A DNA stretch of 64,000 nt, taken from the NCBI GenBank assembly GCA_951406725.2, contig OX597823.1, positions 80,600,001 through 80,664,000 of the forward strand, in the 5' to 3' direction. The notes under the pieces were generated by a model. That model made no database searches, was not told the origin of the DNA, and saw nothing but the letters and a program-made list of their open reading frames with translations. This DNA is from Octopus vulgaris. Its lineage: Eukaryota. The position numbers and the translations under genes are program-made. Of this stretch, positions 13,701 to 27,187 are shown piece after piece (the first letter of the stretch is position 1; each line of letters opens with the position of its first letter).

Positions 13701-16700
13701 TATTATATTTAATTAGAATTGGTTCGACAATTATCAGAAAAGTATAAATTACCCTTAAAGACCAGCTACAATTCTACACGTGGTTTCTTCATGCAACTGT
13801 ATTCTGGGAACAAAGACAAATATATGGTTGATTCACTACCTTCGATCTTCATAAAAGTCAGCAAGCATAAAAATACTTTGAGTTTCACAACTGTTGATCT
13901 TGTAAGTCATTGCACCATTTCTAAACTGCCAATGGGCATTGTTTTTGTTTATGATAAACAACAACAATTGTTTCATCTTCAAGATGCACTTATGGGACTT
14001 ACCCTGAAATTAGGTTTTGGTACTGTATTTAACTTGTATTTTCTTAACCGTAATCCTTTAACCTTATGTATGTATATATATATATATATATATAAAACAC
14101 AATGTATGTTAGGGTTTATGAGTGTAACCCACTAAGGAATAGTATTTATCTAATATACTGTTGGTAAAGTACCCAGATTCTTAATACATAAATGTTTTTA
14201 ATTGCAGTGCAATTAACTTATTTATTGTATTAAACAGGTGAAGGTAAAGAAATGTTTTACTGTTAATTTATAATACAAATAAGAAAATGGAGAAACAAAT
14301 TTAGTTTGTTCATCAACTTTGGGATATTAGAATGTTGGATTATTTATTCATTTAACAAAATGAGAACCTTAATAGCATACATATATATCTTATAATTCAA
14401 TACATATAAGATTAGAATACAAATTATAAAAATCATAATAAATTATTGAAATCGTACTAGCGAGTGGACAAATGGAAGAACAGGACACATATGGTAGTAG
14501 TTACATGTATTATTCAAAGCAATTTGATTTCAGGCTTTGGATTGCTGTATAGAGAAATCTCTCCATATGGCAAGCCAAATCCTGAAATAGACAGGCTTCT
14601 CTTAGAGGCCTGTGAAACTTTAAGTCACATGGAACTGTATCAAACTGTTCTATACACACACGCACACAGACACACACACACACACAAAGATAGATATAGA
14701 TATTTATTTATTTATATATACCAGCCCTGTTCAAACTGTCCAACCCATGCCAGCATGGACAATGGACATTAAATGACGATGATGATGATGTGTGTGTTTT
14801 TGTGTTTGTGTTGTCTTTGTCCCTCACCTCACTGCTTGAGAACTGGTATTGGTTTATTTATGTTCCCATAATTTAGCAGTTCGGTAAAAGTGTCTGATAG
14901 AATATATATTAGACTTAAAAAATAAGTACCGGGATCGATTTGTTCTATTAAACCTTTTAAGGATGTACTCCAGCATGGCCAGAGTGCAATGATTGAAATA
15001 AGTAAAAGATAAATCAAAAGATATAAAAGCATTTAGAAGTTGCCTCTTCAGTTCTAATGTTCTTGTGAGATAACAATCTGTTATTGATGTTGTCAATAAT
15101 TTTACAACTAAATTCTATATAAATATATTAATTTTATTTTATTAATTTTTTTGCAGATAAAACTCAATGGTAAGTTGTTTTTTTACCCCCATTAATCAAC
15201 TGATATTTCACTTGGCAAGCTAAATGATTGCTTAAGGCACCAAAATAGGTGCAGACATGGCTGTGTTGTAAGAAGTTTGCTTTCCAACCACATGGTTCTG
15301 GGTTCAGTTCCACTGTGTAGCATCTTGGGCAAGTGTTTTCTATTAACCCTTTCATTACTGTATTTATTTTCAGATGCTCTGTGTTTCTTCCAGTTACTTT
15401 AAATATAACAAAGAATTTAGTAAAATAACTTAGTTATCATTCAGCTAGTGTTAGGAACATAAATTTTGACTAAGGTTTGATGGGAGATTTTAATTCAAAA
15501 TTTATGAAAACAAGACATTTGTACTACAGGCCAGAGCCAGTTTCAGCTGGGTGGGTTAAAGCAGCCTCTTTGTGAGTGAATTTGGTAAATGGAAACTGAA
15601 AGAAGCCTATTGTATCTACATGTGTGTGTCCTTGTGTGTGTTATTGTCCCCTACCACTGCTTGATAGCCAGTGTGTGTGTGTATTATTGTCCCCTACCAC
15701 TGCTTGATAGCCAGTGTTGGTGTGTTTATGTCCCCCATAACTTAGCAGTTCAGCAATGGAATAAGTACCAGGCTTAAAACAAAATAGGTGCTGGGGTTAA
15801 TTTACTCAACTAAAATTTTTCAAGTCAGTGCTTCAGCATAACCATTGTCAAATGACTGAAACAAATAGAAGATAAGCAAAGATACTGAACAACATGAGTG
15901 AAGTTTCTTAATCTAACTAAAGATACAAAATTTAGTAATAAATTAACAGGTGAGGTCACACCCAGAATAGAGGAGAATTGAGGAGAGAGGGCAGAATGAG
16001 GCAACGGAAACAAGGGAGTCATGATATACAGGATTATAAATCTATATATTTCTTGTTTGCAAATGAATTATAATTTTCTACAGCATTTTTCAGTTGGTTT
16101 AAAGAAGTGTGTGGTTGGTGGAAGTTGCAGATAAAAATTGGAAAAGCAGGTGGTGCACATTGTCAAGTTGATAAAAAAAAGGGGGGGAGGCACACATTAT
16201 AAGAAAGGCCAAAAGGCATTGAATATCCTAGTCCTGGTCTTGTCACAAAGTATCAGATTCAGCCATAATCTCAAGCTCTTTTTTATTTTATTATTATCAC
16301 TAACTCTAATGTGGTGAGCTGGCAGAATCATTAGCATGCCAGACAAAATGCCAATTGGCATTTTATTTGTCTGCATGTTCTGAGTTCAAATTCTGCCAAG
16401 GTTGACTTTACCTTTCATCCTTTCAGGGCTGATAAAATAAATACTAGTTGAACACTGCAGCCAAAATTTCAGTCCTTGTGCCTCTAGTAGAAAGGGTTAT
16501 TGTCACTGACTTTAAGGTAGCAAGTTATCAGAGTGGACAAAGTGCTTAGTAGCATTTCTTCCAGCTCTTTATGTTCTGAATTCAAATACTGCTGAGGTCA
16601 GTTTTGCCTTTCATCCTTTCAGAGTTGTTGTTGTCGCTGCCATCACATCTGTTTTTTACAGGTACAAAAGATCCAAGGACAATAGAAAGGAGGTGAGAGA

Positions 16701-19700
16701 TGTGAGGAGGACAGGGATGTCAGGACACCAGAGATGGTTGAGAAAATTTGTATTTTCTGGATGAAGACCATCATGTATCTATAGAGACAGTAATCACAAC
16801 AGTTTGGAGTTGGTTTGGCAACTGTATACAGAATTATTCAATAAGATCTGAATATGGGTAAAATTTGTGCAAAGTGTGTTCCCAGGTGCTCACTGACAAA
16901 CAGAAGGAAAGATGCATTGGTGACAACAGGGAGATGGTTGAGCTCATTACCTCAAATCCAAGAGTACTCGAGTCTCTGCTGACCTATGATGAAAGCTGGA
17001 GCTACTGTTATGATCCAGAGACCAAGATACAGCCCGACTAAGGGAAGCATCCTGGCTCCCTCAGATCCAAGAAGGCCAGGCAAAGCAAGTCTACTAGGAA
17101 GTTTATGATGATTCTCTTGTTCAACAGCAAGGGAATAAATTACATCCACTGGGTTCCCTCTGGTCAGATGGTCAACAAGGAGAACTTTGTTGAGGTTTTG
17201 AGGGAATTCCAGAAGGGATTTCGTCACAAAAGGCATGAATTCTTCCACTCCAGTCAGTGACAACTACACCAGAACATTGCACCAGTTTACAGTTCAATCT
17301 TGGTAACCAACTATTTGACAGAGATGAACATCAAATGTGTCCCTCACCCTCCCTACCATCCAGACCTTGCTCCCTGTGATGTTTGGTTATTCTACAAACT
17401 GAAGGAGAACCTCAGGGGCAGTCAGTTTGAAGACATTGAGAAGATGAATGAGATTGTGACAAGGGTTGTGGATATCACCACTTTGGATAACTTCTATGGG
17501 ACCTTTACAAAGTGGCTGGAATGCTACAGCAGGTGCACTGAAGTTGGAGGATCCTACTTTGAAGATTTGAGTTTTGTAATTCTTTGAACTTAATAAATGC
17601 CTCTCTAAAAAAAGTCTCAAAACTTTTGGAATGCACCTTGTATATACATGCAGAAAATGTGTACGGGATCTCCTCCCCCACCCTCTCTCTTTCACATACA
17701 CGCTATTAATATATTTTTTTAAAGGTGATTTGAATGTATTTCTGAACTGAATATATTTCATGACATGAGATTATGATGTTGGTGAACTGTTTCTTTCTTC
17801 CTTATATATTGTTATCTATTGGTTAACAAACTATTATATATTATATATTCCAGTTATTCTGGTTTTTCCTTTTTCACAGATCGTGTCAAAGAATCTCTGC
17901 AAGAAATTTACCTAATGACTAACATGTAAGTTTTTTTTAACGAAGTATTACAGAATACATCTGTACTGATTTGACATTGATTTTCATGAATTTAATTTAC
18001 GTGTATGGATTCCCAGAAATGGTTTATAATTCCTGTTACCTATGTGGCTTAATGTTTAGTAGAGGTGGGTGGTGTGAATGCATAGCAGCTTTAGAAAGTT
18101 CAGAGAGTTGACAATAGAGGATATTTTCTTTCTCGGTGAAGGGTTGATAGTATGAGGCTTTATATAGAAAATGAGATGCAAGTGCTACCAGTCAAAAATT
18201 CCACATACCGGAAGCCAGCAAGTGTATGGGGTCATCAGGAAAGAATGCCTACCTCTTGACGGCATCAATGTCCACTATCCCCTCACTGATATGAGGCCCC
18301 GCTTGCTAGAACAGTTGGTTATCAAATAAATCTCAATATTCTTCTAGCCATTGCTCTTTTTAACCAAATCAAGTGGCTAGCCTTCTCCACTGTAGTTTGA
18401 ATATTGGTCATGGTGCTGTTGACTAATGATAACAACAGTTGTCTCACACTGTTATATGGTCGGGGAACTTAAAAATTGAATGTGGAGGATGTATTAAATG
18501 AAGGTTAGAAAGAAATTAGATGAACATGCCCCATTGGCTGTGGAATATTAATCCTTTAACTGTAAGGCAGTGAGCTGGCAGAATCGTTAGCATGCCAGGC
18601 AAAATGCTTTGCAGTATTTCTTCCGTCTTTATGTTCTCAGTTCAAATTCTTCCAAGGTCAACTTTGTCTTTCATCCTTCCAGAGTTGATAAAATAAGTAG
18701 CAGTTGAGCCCTGAGATTGATATAATCTACTTACCATCTCTCTCCTGTGCTAGAATTTGAAAGCAATATTAACCCGTAAGAGTGGCTGTGTGGTAAGTAG
18801 TTTGCTTATGAACCACATGGTTCTGGGTTCAGTCCCACTGCATGGCACCTTGGGCAAGTGTCTTCTACTATAGCCTCGGGCTGACCAAAGCTTTGTGAGT
18901 GGATTTAGTAGACGGAAACTGAAAGAAACCTGTCATATATATGTATATATATATGTATGTATGTGAGTGTGTATATGTTTGTGTGTCTGTCCCCCCCAAC
19001 ATTGCTTGACAATGCTGGTGTGTTTACGTCCCCGTAACTTAGCGGTTCAGCAAAAGAGACCGATAGAATAAGTACTAGGCTTACAAAGAATAAGTCCTGG
19101 GGTCAATTTGCTCGACTAAAGGTGGTGCTCCAGCACGGCCACAGTCACATGACTGAAACAATTAAAAGAGTAAAAGAACCCTTTAACTGCATGCAGAATT
19201 AAGTTTCATGGTTATTCCTGTAAGGATGTTAAATGATCTACCGATAAATAGAATTGGCATTTTCTGCTTTAGTAAACTTGACATACCTCAACGGAATATA
19301 GTTTCAAACATAACTCTTTTTTACTTGTTTCAGTCATTTGACTGTGGCTATGCTGGAGCACCGCCTTTAGTCGAGCAAATCGACCCCGGGACTTATTCTT
19401 TGTAAGCCCAGTACTTATTCTATCGGTCTCTTTTGCCGAACCGCTAAGTGATGGGGACGTAAACACACCAGCATCGGTTGTCAAGCAATGCTAGGGGGAC
19501 AAACACAGACACACAAATACACACACACATACATATATATATACATATATACGACAGGCTTCTTTCAGTTTCCGTCTACCAAATCCACTCACAAGGCATT
19601 GGTCGGCCCGGGGCTATAGCAGAAGACACTTGCCCAAGATGCCACGCAGTGGGACTGAACCCGGAACCATGTGGTTGGTTAGTAAGCTACTTACCACACA

Positions 19701-22111
19701 GCCACTCCTGCGCCTAACTGTGTTTTTTATGTGGCTCCATCACCAATTCGCTTCTTATTCCTGTGTATGAGGAAAATATTTTTTTACTTTAAAGTAGGGC
19801 GTGTGGCCATAGAAAAATCAGCCTCAATAAACCCCATCCAAGGATGGAAAAGTGGACATTAAAATGATGGCAGCAGCAGCAGCTATTATTCTAGTTGTTG
19901 TTGTTGTTTTGGTGGTGGTGGTGGTGGTGGTGGTGGTGGTGGTGAGGAGGAGGAGGATGATGATCATGACAATCATGATCATAATTATGATGAGGATGAA
20001 CTGTATAATTTTATTTAATTCTTTTAAAGAAATTCTTTTGTTAAGGTTCACTTATTGAAGTGAATATATGTGTAGTTATAAGTGAGTCATTAAGTTTAGG
20101 ACTTTATAATTTCCTTCACACTAGCAGATTTTAATTTTAGCTTACATTTTGTTTATGTATATTCAAGAGTGTTTAGGTATGGTTTCAGATTTCAAAGTCA
20201 AGTGGTTGCTAGTAAAACGATCTGACTAAATGCTTCAGTAATATGCTACACTGGTATACACAGATATTAATTTAGGTAAAATGGCCATTAAATTGAAGAT
20301 TTGATCATATATTTAGAAACTAGATTACTTTAATGTTTTACAGCATATCATTGCAGAATATTTTAACAAGTTTTTTTTTTATTATTATTTAGATTTAAAA
20401 TTATAAACGGAAGTCATGGTTCATATTTTATAATTTTAGAAAACCCAAAAAAAAAACAAACATTAAGTTTATTTCCTCATGAGGCATTTGGTATTGTAAT
20501 GTACTTTAAAGGAAATGAAGCATTGCTTATTTTAAACCATTTGGTTTTACTTTAACCCTTTTGCCAGAGACAAAATAACCTTTCTAGTGCTTGTGCCATG
20601 ATGAAATGCGCTCACTATATTCTATAAAATGGTTGGTGATAGGAAGAGTATCCAGCTGTTGAAACCATAGTAGGAATGGAACATGCGAGTAAGGTATGAT
20701 CCTTGATCTGTCTAGGAGGGCACTGAATAAGTTCCATCAAATCCACAACTGCTTGCAAATGAGGGTATGAAAATGATGATTAAAAACTAAAAATGATGAA
20801 AGTGAAGTAATGGGGAAAACTTAGATAAAAGTTTCTTGGAATATTGAGCTACTTATCACAAAGCCTCTGCCATTGGCCTTGATAGTCTAAAGAACTAAAG
20901 TACAATCTTGATCATCTGATCTTTAATGATAAAGAACTAAATTGTGAAGAGTTAGGTCAGTGGTTCTATGGCTGAACAATATAATTTCAGGAGTATAAAC
21001 ATAAAAATAGTATCCAAAGGATTTCAGAAGGACAGATGTAGAATTAGCTGTTTAAATTTACCATAAATTACACCCAGCCATCTTAAGAAGGCAATAATAT
21101 ATTGGATAGAGTAGTTCTGGATATATAAAAAACATGATGGTCATAGGTCTGTTCAAGGGCAGACTAAGCCGTCAGTCAATCAGGCACTGCCCGAGGATCC
21201 ACACTCTACTGATATTTGTGCTAAGGGGCTCGGCAAACAGTTATACTCAAGGGCCCTTAATACTCTCAGTCTGCTCCTGGGTCTGCTCAATCAGAACAAA
21301 CTTGGGAATAAACATTGAAAACAACAAGATAGGTTTGAATAGTATAAATATGGATTAGCCAATAAATAATATTGACAAAAAAAAACCCCAACATATTTTA
21401 GAACATTCAATATTCTGTGTAATTAAAAAGCTTGCTTTGCAACCATGTCATTAAGGGTTCAGTCCAAGTGCTCAACACATTGGACAAGTATCTTCTACTG
21501 TAGCCTCAGGCCAACCAATGCTTTGTGAGTGAATTTGACAGATGGAATCTGAGGAAGCCAGTGGTATATATATATATATATATATGTTGTGGAACTCTGT
21601 TGGTTATGATGATGAGGGTTCCAGTTGATCCAGTCAATGGAACAGCCTGCTCATGAAATTAATGTGTAAATGGTTGAGAACTCCACAGACACCCTTAAAA
21701 TAATTCATGGGGAAATTCAGCATGACACAGTGTATGACAAGGCTGTCCCTTTGAAATACAGGTATAACAGAAACAGGAAGAAAGAATGAGAGAAAGTTGT
21801 GGTGAAAGAATACAGCAGGGTTCGCCACCACCCCCTACTAGAGCCTCATGGGGCTTTAGGTGTTTTTGCTCAATAAACACTCACAATGCTTGGTTTGGGA
21901 ATCGAAACCATGATCCCCAACCACGAGTCCACTGCCCTAACCACTGGGCCATTGTGCCTCCACATATATATAAATTTTTCTGCTCTTAAAATGATTTTAT
22001 CCTTTATGTATACTGTTCAGTATTTACGTGTTGAAAAAATTTATCTTTCTACTTGTTCTACAATATATTTCAATGCTTCAAAAACAAACTTATGTTTGTT
22101 TACATATGACG

Positions 22112-22154
<43 letters not shown>

Positions 22155-23480
22155 CCTCCATCATCACGCGACAATCAGTATTGTTTTGTTTATGCTGCTG
22201 TAATATAGCAGTATAGCAGTTTGGCAAAAAGAGATCAATAAAATAAATACCAGAGTTGATGTGTTTGACTAAGGCTTTCAAGGTAGTGCTTCAACATGGC
22301 CACAGTCTAATGACTGAATTAAGTATAAGATACACGATATATATTTTGAAAAATATTTTTTTTAATTATTTGATGTAACATATATGTAATCTGAGACTGT
22401 AGATTAATGTAATTAATTTCTTTTCCAGTGTTGTTACCGAGCTTCTCAATGACATCAGGAGCTGTATTAGTTGTTTGTACAAACTCTCAGAGTGTGTTTC
22501 CACGTTAGACATGCTGGCAGGATTTGCACATCTTTGCACATTATCGGATTATAGTAAGTGCATTACCATTTTCCCTTTTGTATTTGGGTAGTGGGGGAGG
22601 AGTCATCATCATAATCATCACCATTTAATGTTCACTTTCTGGGTTGACATGGGCTGGATGGTTTCAACGGAGCTGGCAAACCAGATGACTGCACCAATGT
22701 CCACTATCTACTTTAGCAAGGTTTCTTTGGCTTGATGCCTTTCCTAACACCAACCACTTGATACAGTGTACTGGGTGCTTTTTACATGGCATCAGTGAGG
22801 TCACCACCAAATAACTCACAAGATAAGAGCTCAACTGAGGTGGGAGAGTAGTACTGAGGGAGATGGCTTTGTTTCAGGTGATGAGAGATTAAAGTATGAT
22901 AGAGGGACAAGAACAAAAGTGATGCTGAAGAGGAGATAGAGTGGGGTTTGTGGTTAATGCATTTCCACAAAGTTTATTTTTAATTAGTTTTTTGTTAGAT
23001 TTATTTCAGTATAATTTAACAATCCATTATAGAAAATAGTATATAAGATTATGTGTCTTGTTGGTAGGTCAGTCTAAAGATGTTTGCACTGGTAACTTTG
23101 TAACTCTTTTTCTTCTTTGGTATTGAGTTTGTATTGAAATTGAGATGCATAAAATTAAATAGTTTTAAATAGGGAAAAACTGAGAGTACAGGCTTTGTAT
23201 GTCCATTATGGCAATGAGAAGAGTTCTCTTCACATGGATTTATAACAATAATACCAAGAAATGAAATGGAAAGCCTACTTTTACTAAACCAAAGTCTTCT
23301 TTACAAAAGGATTTTACATTCTGTGCGTTTCCATATCTTGGTCTCGTTGACTGATCCGTTTGAAAGGATATAAACTAACAAAGTGGCTCCATTTGGCCAA
23401 TTTCAGTTTTGAAATTTCCTCCAATGAAGAGAGAAATTTTAGTATTTACTATATGGCATCATCTGAATTCCATTTCCCTT

Positions 23481-23517
<37 letters not shown>

Positions 23518-26500
23518 GAGGAAAAAAACAAACCAATCTCTCAAGATCATACCACATATTTACTCCTCAGTGAATTGATTGGTTGTTAGGGATGATGACA
23601 GGGAGTCTCCTCCTATATTCAACATCTTCCCATTTGCACCTGTCAAACAGGTGCTTCACTTGCGGAATGTTATGTTTTATTTATTTATTTATTTATCCTC
23701 TTAGAAAAAACAACAACAAAAATTCTTGCAAGATAAGCACAAACATTCAATTCATGTTTAGACTGTCTAACTTGCAACAAACACTACTTTATTAAAAATG
23801 ACTTATTTATAAACTGAATTATGTGGGAGAGGGAGGGGGAACATCACTATCAACGCCAACAACAACAACAACATCAACAACAGAACTTGGGGTAAAGATA
23901 TTTCAGCCAACTTTAGACTATTTAATTACATTTGATAATTATTTTGTGGGTGGGAGTAATTAAGATAAATGAATAGATAAAATTCTGCTGAGGCCTGTTA
24001 AGATTCCTAATGAATTTCTAAAAAATCTAACGTCAAGGTTCTTGGAGATCAACAATAGGAATATTTAAAATAAAACCATATTTGATTTTTATTAAAACAT
24101 TTAGTTCTATTTTTTACCTTCCCTCCCAATAAAAACTTTCAGAATTTTATTATTTTCCATTTCTCAGTATTTTCACTCCAGTATTTTCTCTGAAACTTAT
24201 TGATAAGAGTATTGATAAGAAGTTATTGCTGATGATCAATAATATTATTTCTTACTTACCATTGAAGGAACAATACTAAATAGCTTTTCAAATTCAAGGG
24301 CCACGTTGAATAGGGAGACATAAGAGGCACAGGCCCTGACTTCACTGGAATCTTTTGATTTCTGAAATTGTAAGAGTTCTGAAGAACTGTAGCTCTCTGT
24401 TGCATGATTCCTCAGTCTGTTATCTTTTATCTTTTACTTGTTTCAGTCAGTCGATGTGGCCATGCTGGGGCACTACCTTAAAAGAATTTTAGTTGAACGT
24501 ATTGACCCCAGCACTCTTTTTCTTTTTTTTTTTCAAAGCCTGGTACTTATTCTGTTGGTTTTGTTTTGTTGAACTGCTAAGTCATGGGGATGTAAACACA
24601 CCAATACCGGTTGTAAAATGATGATTGGGGACATAGAAACAATACACAATAAGCTTTCAGTTTCTGTCAACACCAAATGCACTCACAAGGTTTTTGTTGG
24701 CCCAAGGCTCTAGTAGAAGACATTTGCCCAAAGTGTCACAGAATTGACAGTTTGGAACCATGTGGTTGGGATGCAGACTTCTTTACCACAAAGCCACACC
24801 TGCACCTAACTTCTTACCACAAAACCATGTTACATTTAATTATATTTAATTCCCTGGTAAATACCAAACGTGGTATTAAGTTTTCTAAATGTGTCTATGT
24901 AATAGTGCCAATAGGTTTTGGTGCTGTTTTTTGGCAAAAAAAAAAAAAAAGAAAAGCATTAAGAGAATATTGATTTCTACATTGAATATTTTGCCAAAGT
25001 ATGACAAATACTGACATTTACTTATTATATACTAAGCAAAATAACTTTGGTAGAATTAAGAATTTTTCTTTATAATTAAGAAAAATAGCCATAATTGTTA
25101 GCTCTCTCTCTCACAGAAACACACACACACACACACACACACTGCTTGGGGATCATAATTTATTTTCAAAATTATTTTAGAGTGTTTTTACTACTAAATA
25201 CCTCCCCCACCCCATCAACTTTATTTCACTTGAAGTTAATGCTGTTTTCCAGTTTATCTTCAGAATTTGTCAATTAATTTATTTATGTATCAATTAATTT
25301 GTTTATTGGAATATTGTTTACCTGTCTGAGATGAATTTCTTGGCATTTTCCCACTTAAAGAACAGATCACATTGTCTTCTCATTTACACTCTCTCTTTCT
25401 GTCTGTTGTCTGCCTGCCTGTCTAGTACACACACACACACACTCTCTCTCTCTCTTTTTCTGTCATTCACTCTCTCTTTCTAGCACACACACACACGCTC
25501 TCTCTCTCTCTTTCTGTCATTCTTTCTCTTTCTAGCACACAAAAACACACACACACACACACACTCTCTCTCTCAGTAACATTTTGTTGTGTTGAAGTCA
25601 GTTCTACAATGGATGAGTTTCCCATCTGTTTATTCAACTGAACCTTATCCAAGCTATTCAACAGAATCTGGAACCAACCTTTGTGGAACTGATTAGCCAT
25701 AAACTCTTTATAGTTTAACCTATGTCTTGTTAGCATTGGTAATGCATTCAGGAAGAAATTAACAGGACAATGTTTTGAAAATTAATTACTCTGGTTTAAT
25801 AATACTTTTTCTTAAGATCTGTAATAATATATAATTCCCTGAGATGTCTGTAGAACTCTTTTGCCTTTGGATAGGAATATATTATTTTCAAAGAATCTTT
25901 GGAAATTGTTTTACATCAGATTTCTTCGACATTTCTATCTTGGAGGTTTCATTGTTTAGTTATTGTCCATTTTACCATTCCTGCTTTCCTCATGTGGTGA
26001 TAAGCTGATGGAATTGTAGTTGTTACAGCATGTTGTCTGTAGTAGGGGAGATTCCAAACCATTTACTTTGAATGCTTTGCTTTAAAATCCAGTCGGATAT
26101 TGCTTGTTGAAAGGCTGATATTTCTGTGTAAGGGAATAGAATTTAAAAAATCTGCAAGCATGGACAAAGGACGTTAAATGATGGCGGCGGCAATGATGAT
26201 GATGAATGAATGAATGTATGTATGTATGTATCTTTTATCTTTTACTTCTTTCAGTCATTAGACTTGACGGAGTAATCTGAATGTTAATGAGTTCAAATCC
26301 TTTTAAACAGTATCCTGGCATGGCTGTCGTCCAATAACTACAGCATCCCAGCATGGCTGCTGTCCAATGACTGCAGCCAGTAAAAGAATAAAAGAATATT
26401 ACAAATATTTGATTATTGACAAAGTCACTGTTTCATGGATATGCAACTGAGTTTTCCCTCTCAACATTTTATTTTTCATTGAGAAAATTTCACCATGTGT

Positions 26501-27144
26501 GTGTGTGTGTATGAATTGCCCTTATGTACTACTTAAGTATGTTTACATACAACATTGTTTGACAGTTTGAAAGCATCTCTGACAATCTTCAAGCAATAAA
26601 ATTGTCTCAGAAGTTTACATACTTTAAATGTTAAATGATTATGTCCTCAAAGGTATTTGTAGAGCAGCAGGTGCTTCCAATTGAAAAAAAAAATCAGCAT
26701 CTTATGTTACATCTACAAGTAGCAGCTGATTTACCTTTTGATAATAAAACTGATTGTTGTTATTGTTGTTGTAAAGGCAGCAAATTGTTACTGCTCTGGA
26801 CAGAATGCTTAGCAGCATTTTTTCCAACTCTATGTTATAAGTTCAAACACCTCCAAAGTTGACTTGACTTTTTATCCTTTAGGATGAAGTAAGAACCAGT
26901 TAAATACTGAGGTCAATGTTATCCAATATTCCTCTATCAACAATTTTCATGTTTTGTGCCTATAATATAAAGGATTATTATTATTTATTGTTGTTGTTGT
27001 TGATGATGCTATTATTATTATTATTATTATTGAGTGAGAGAGCAGTGCATGCCATCAAAGTGACACTGGGGTAAAATATACAAAGCCCAGTATACCCATC
27101 ATGACTACCTGTCTGATAAGGGTACACTAGACACATGCATCGCA

Positions 27145-27187
<43 letters not shown>

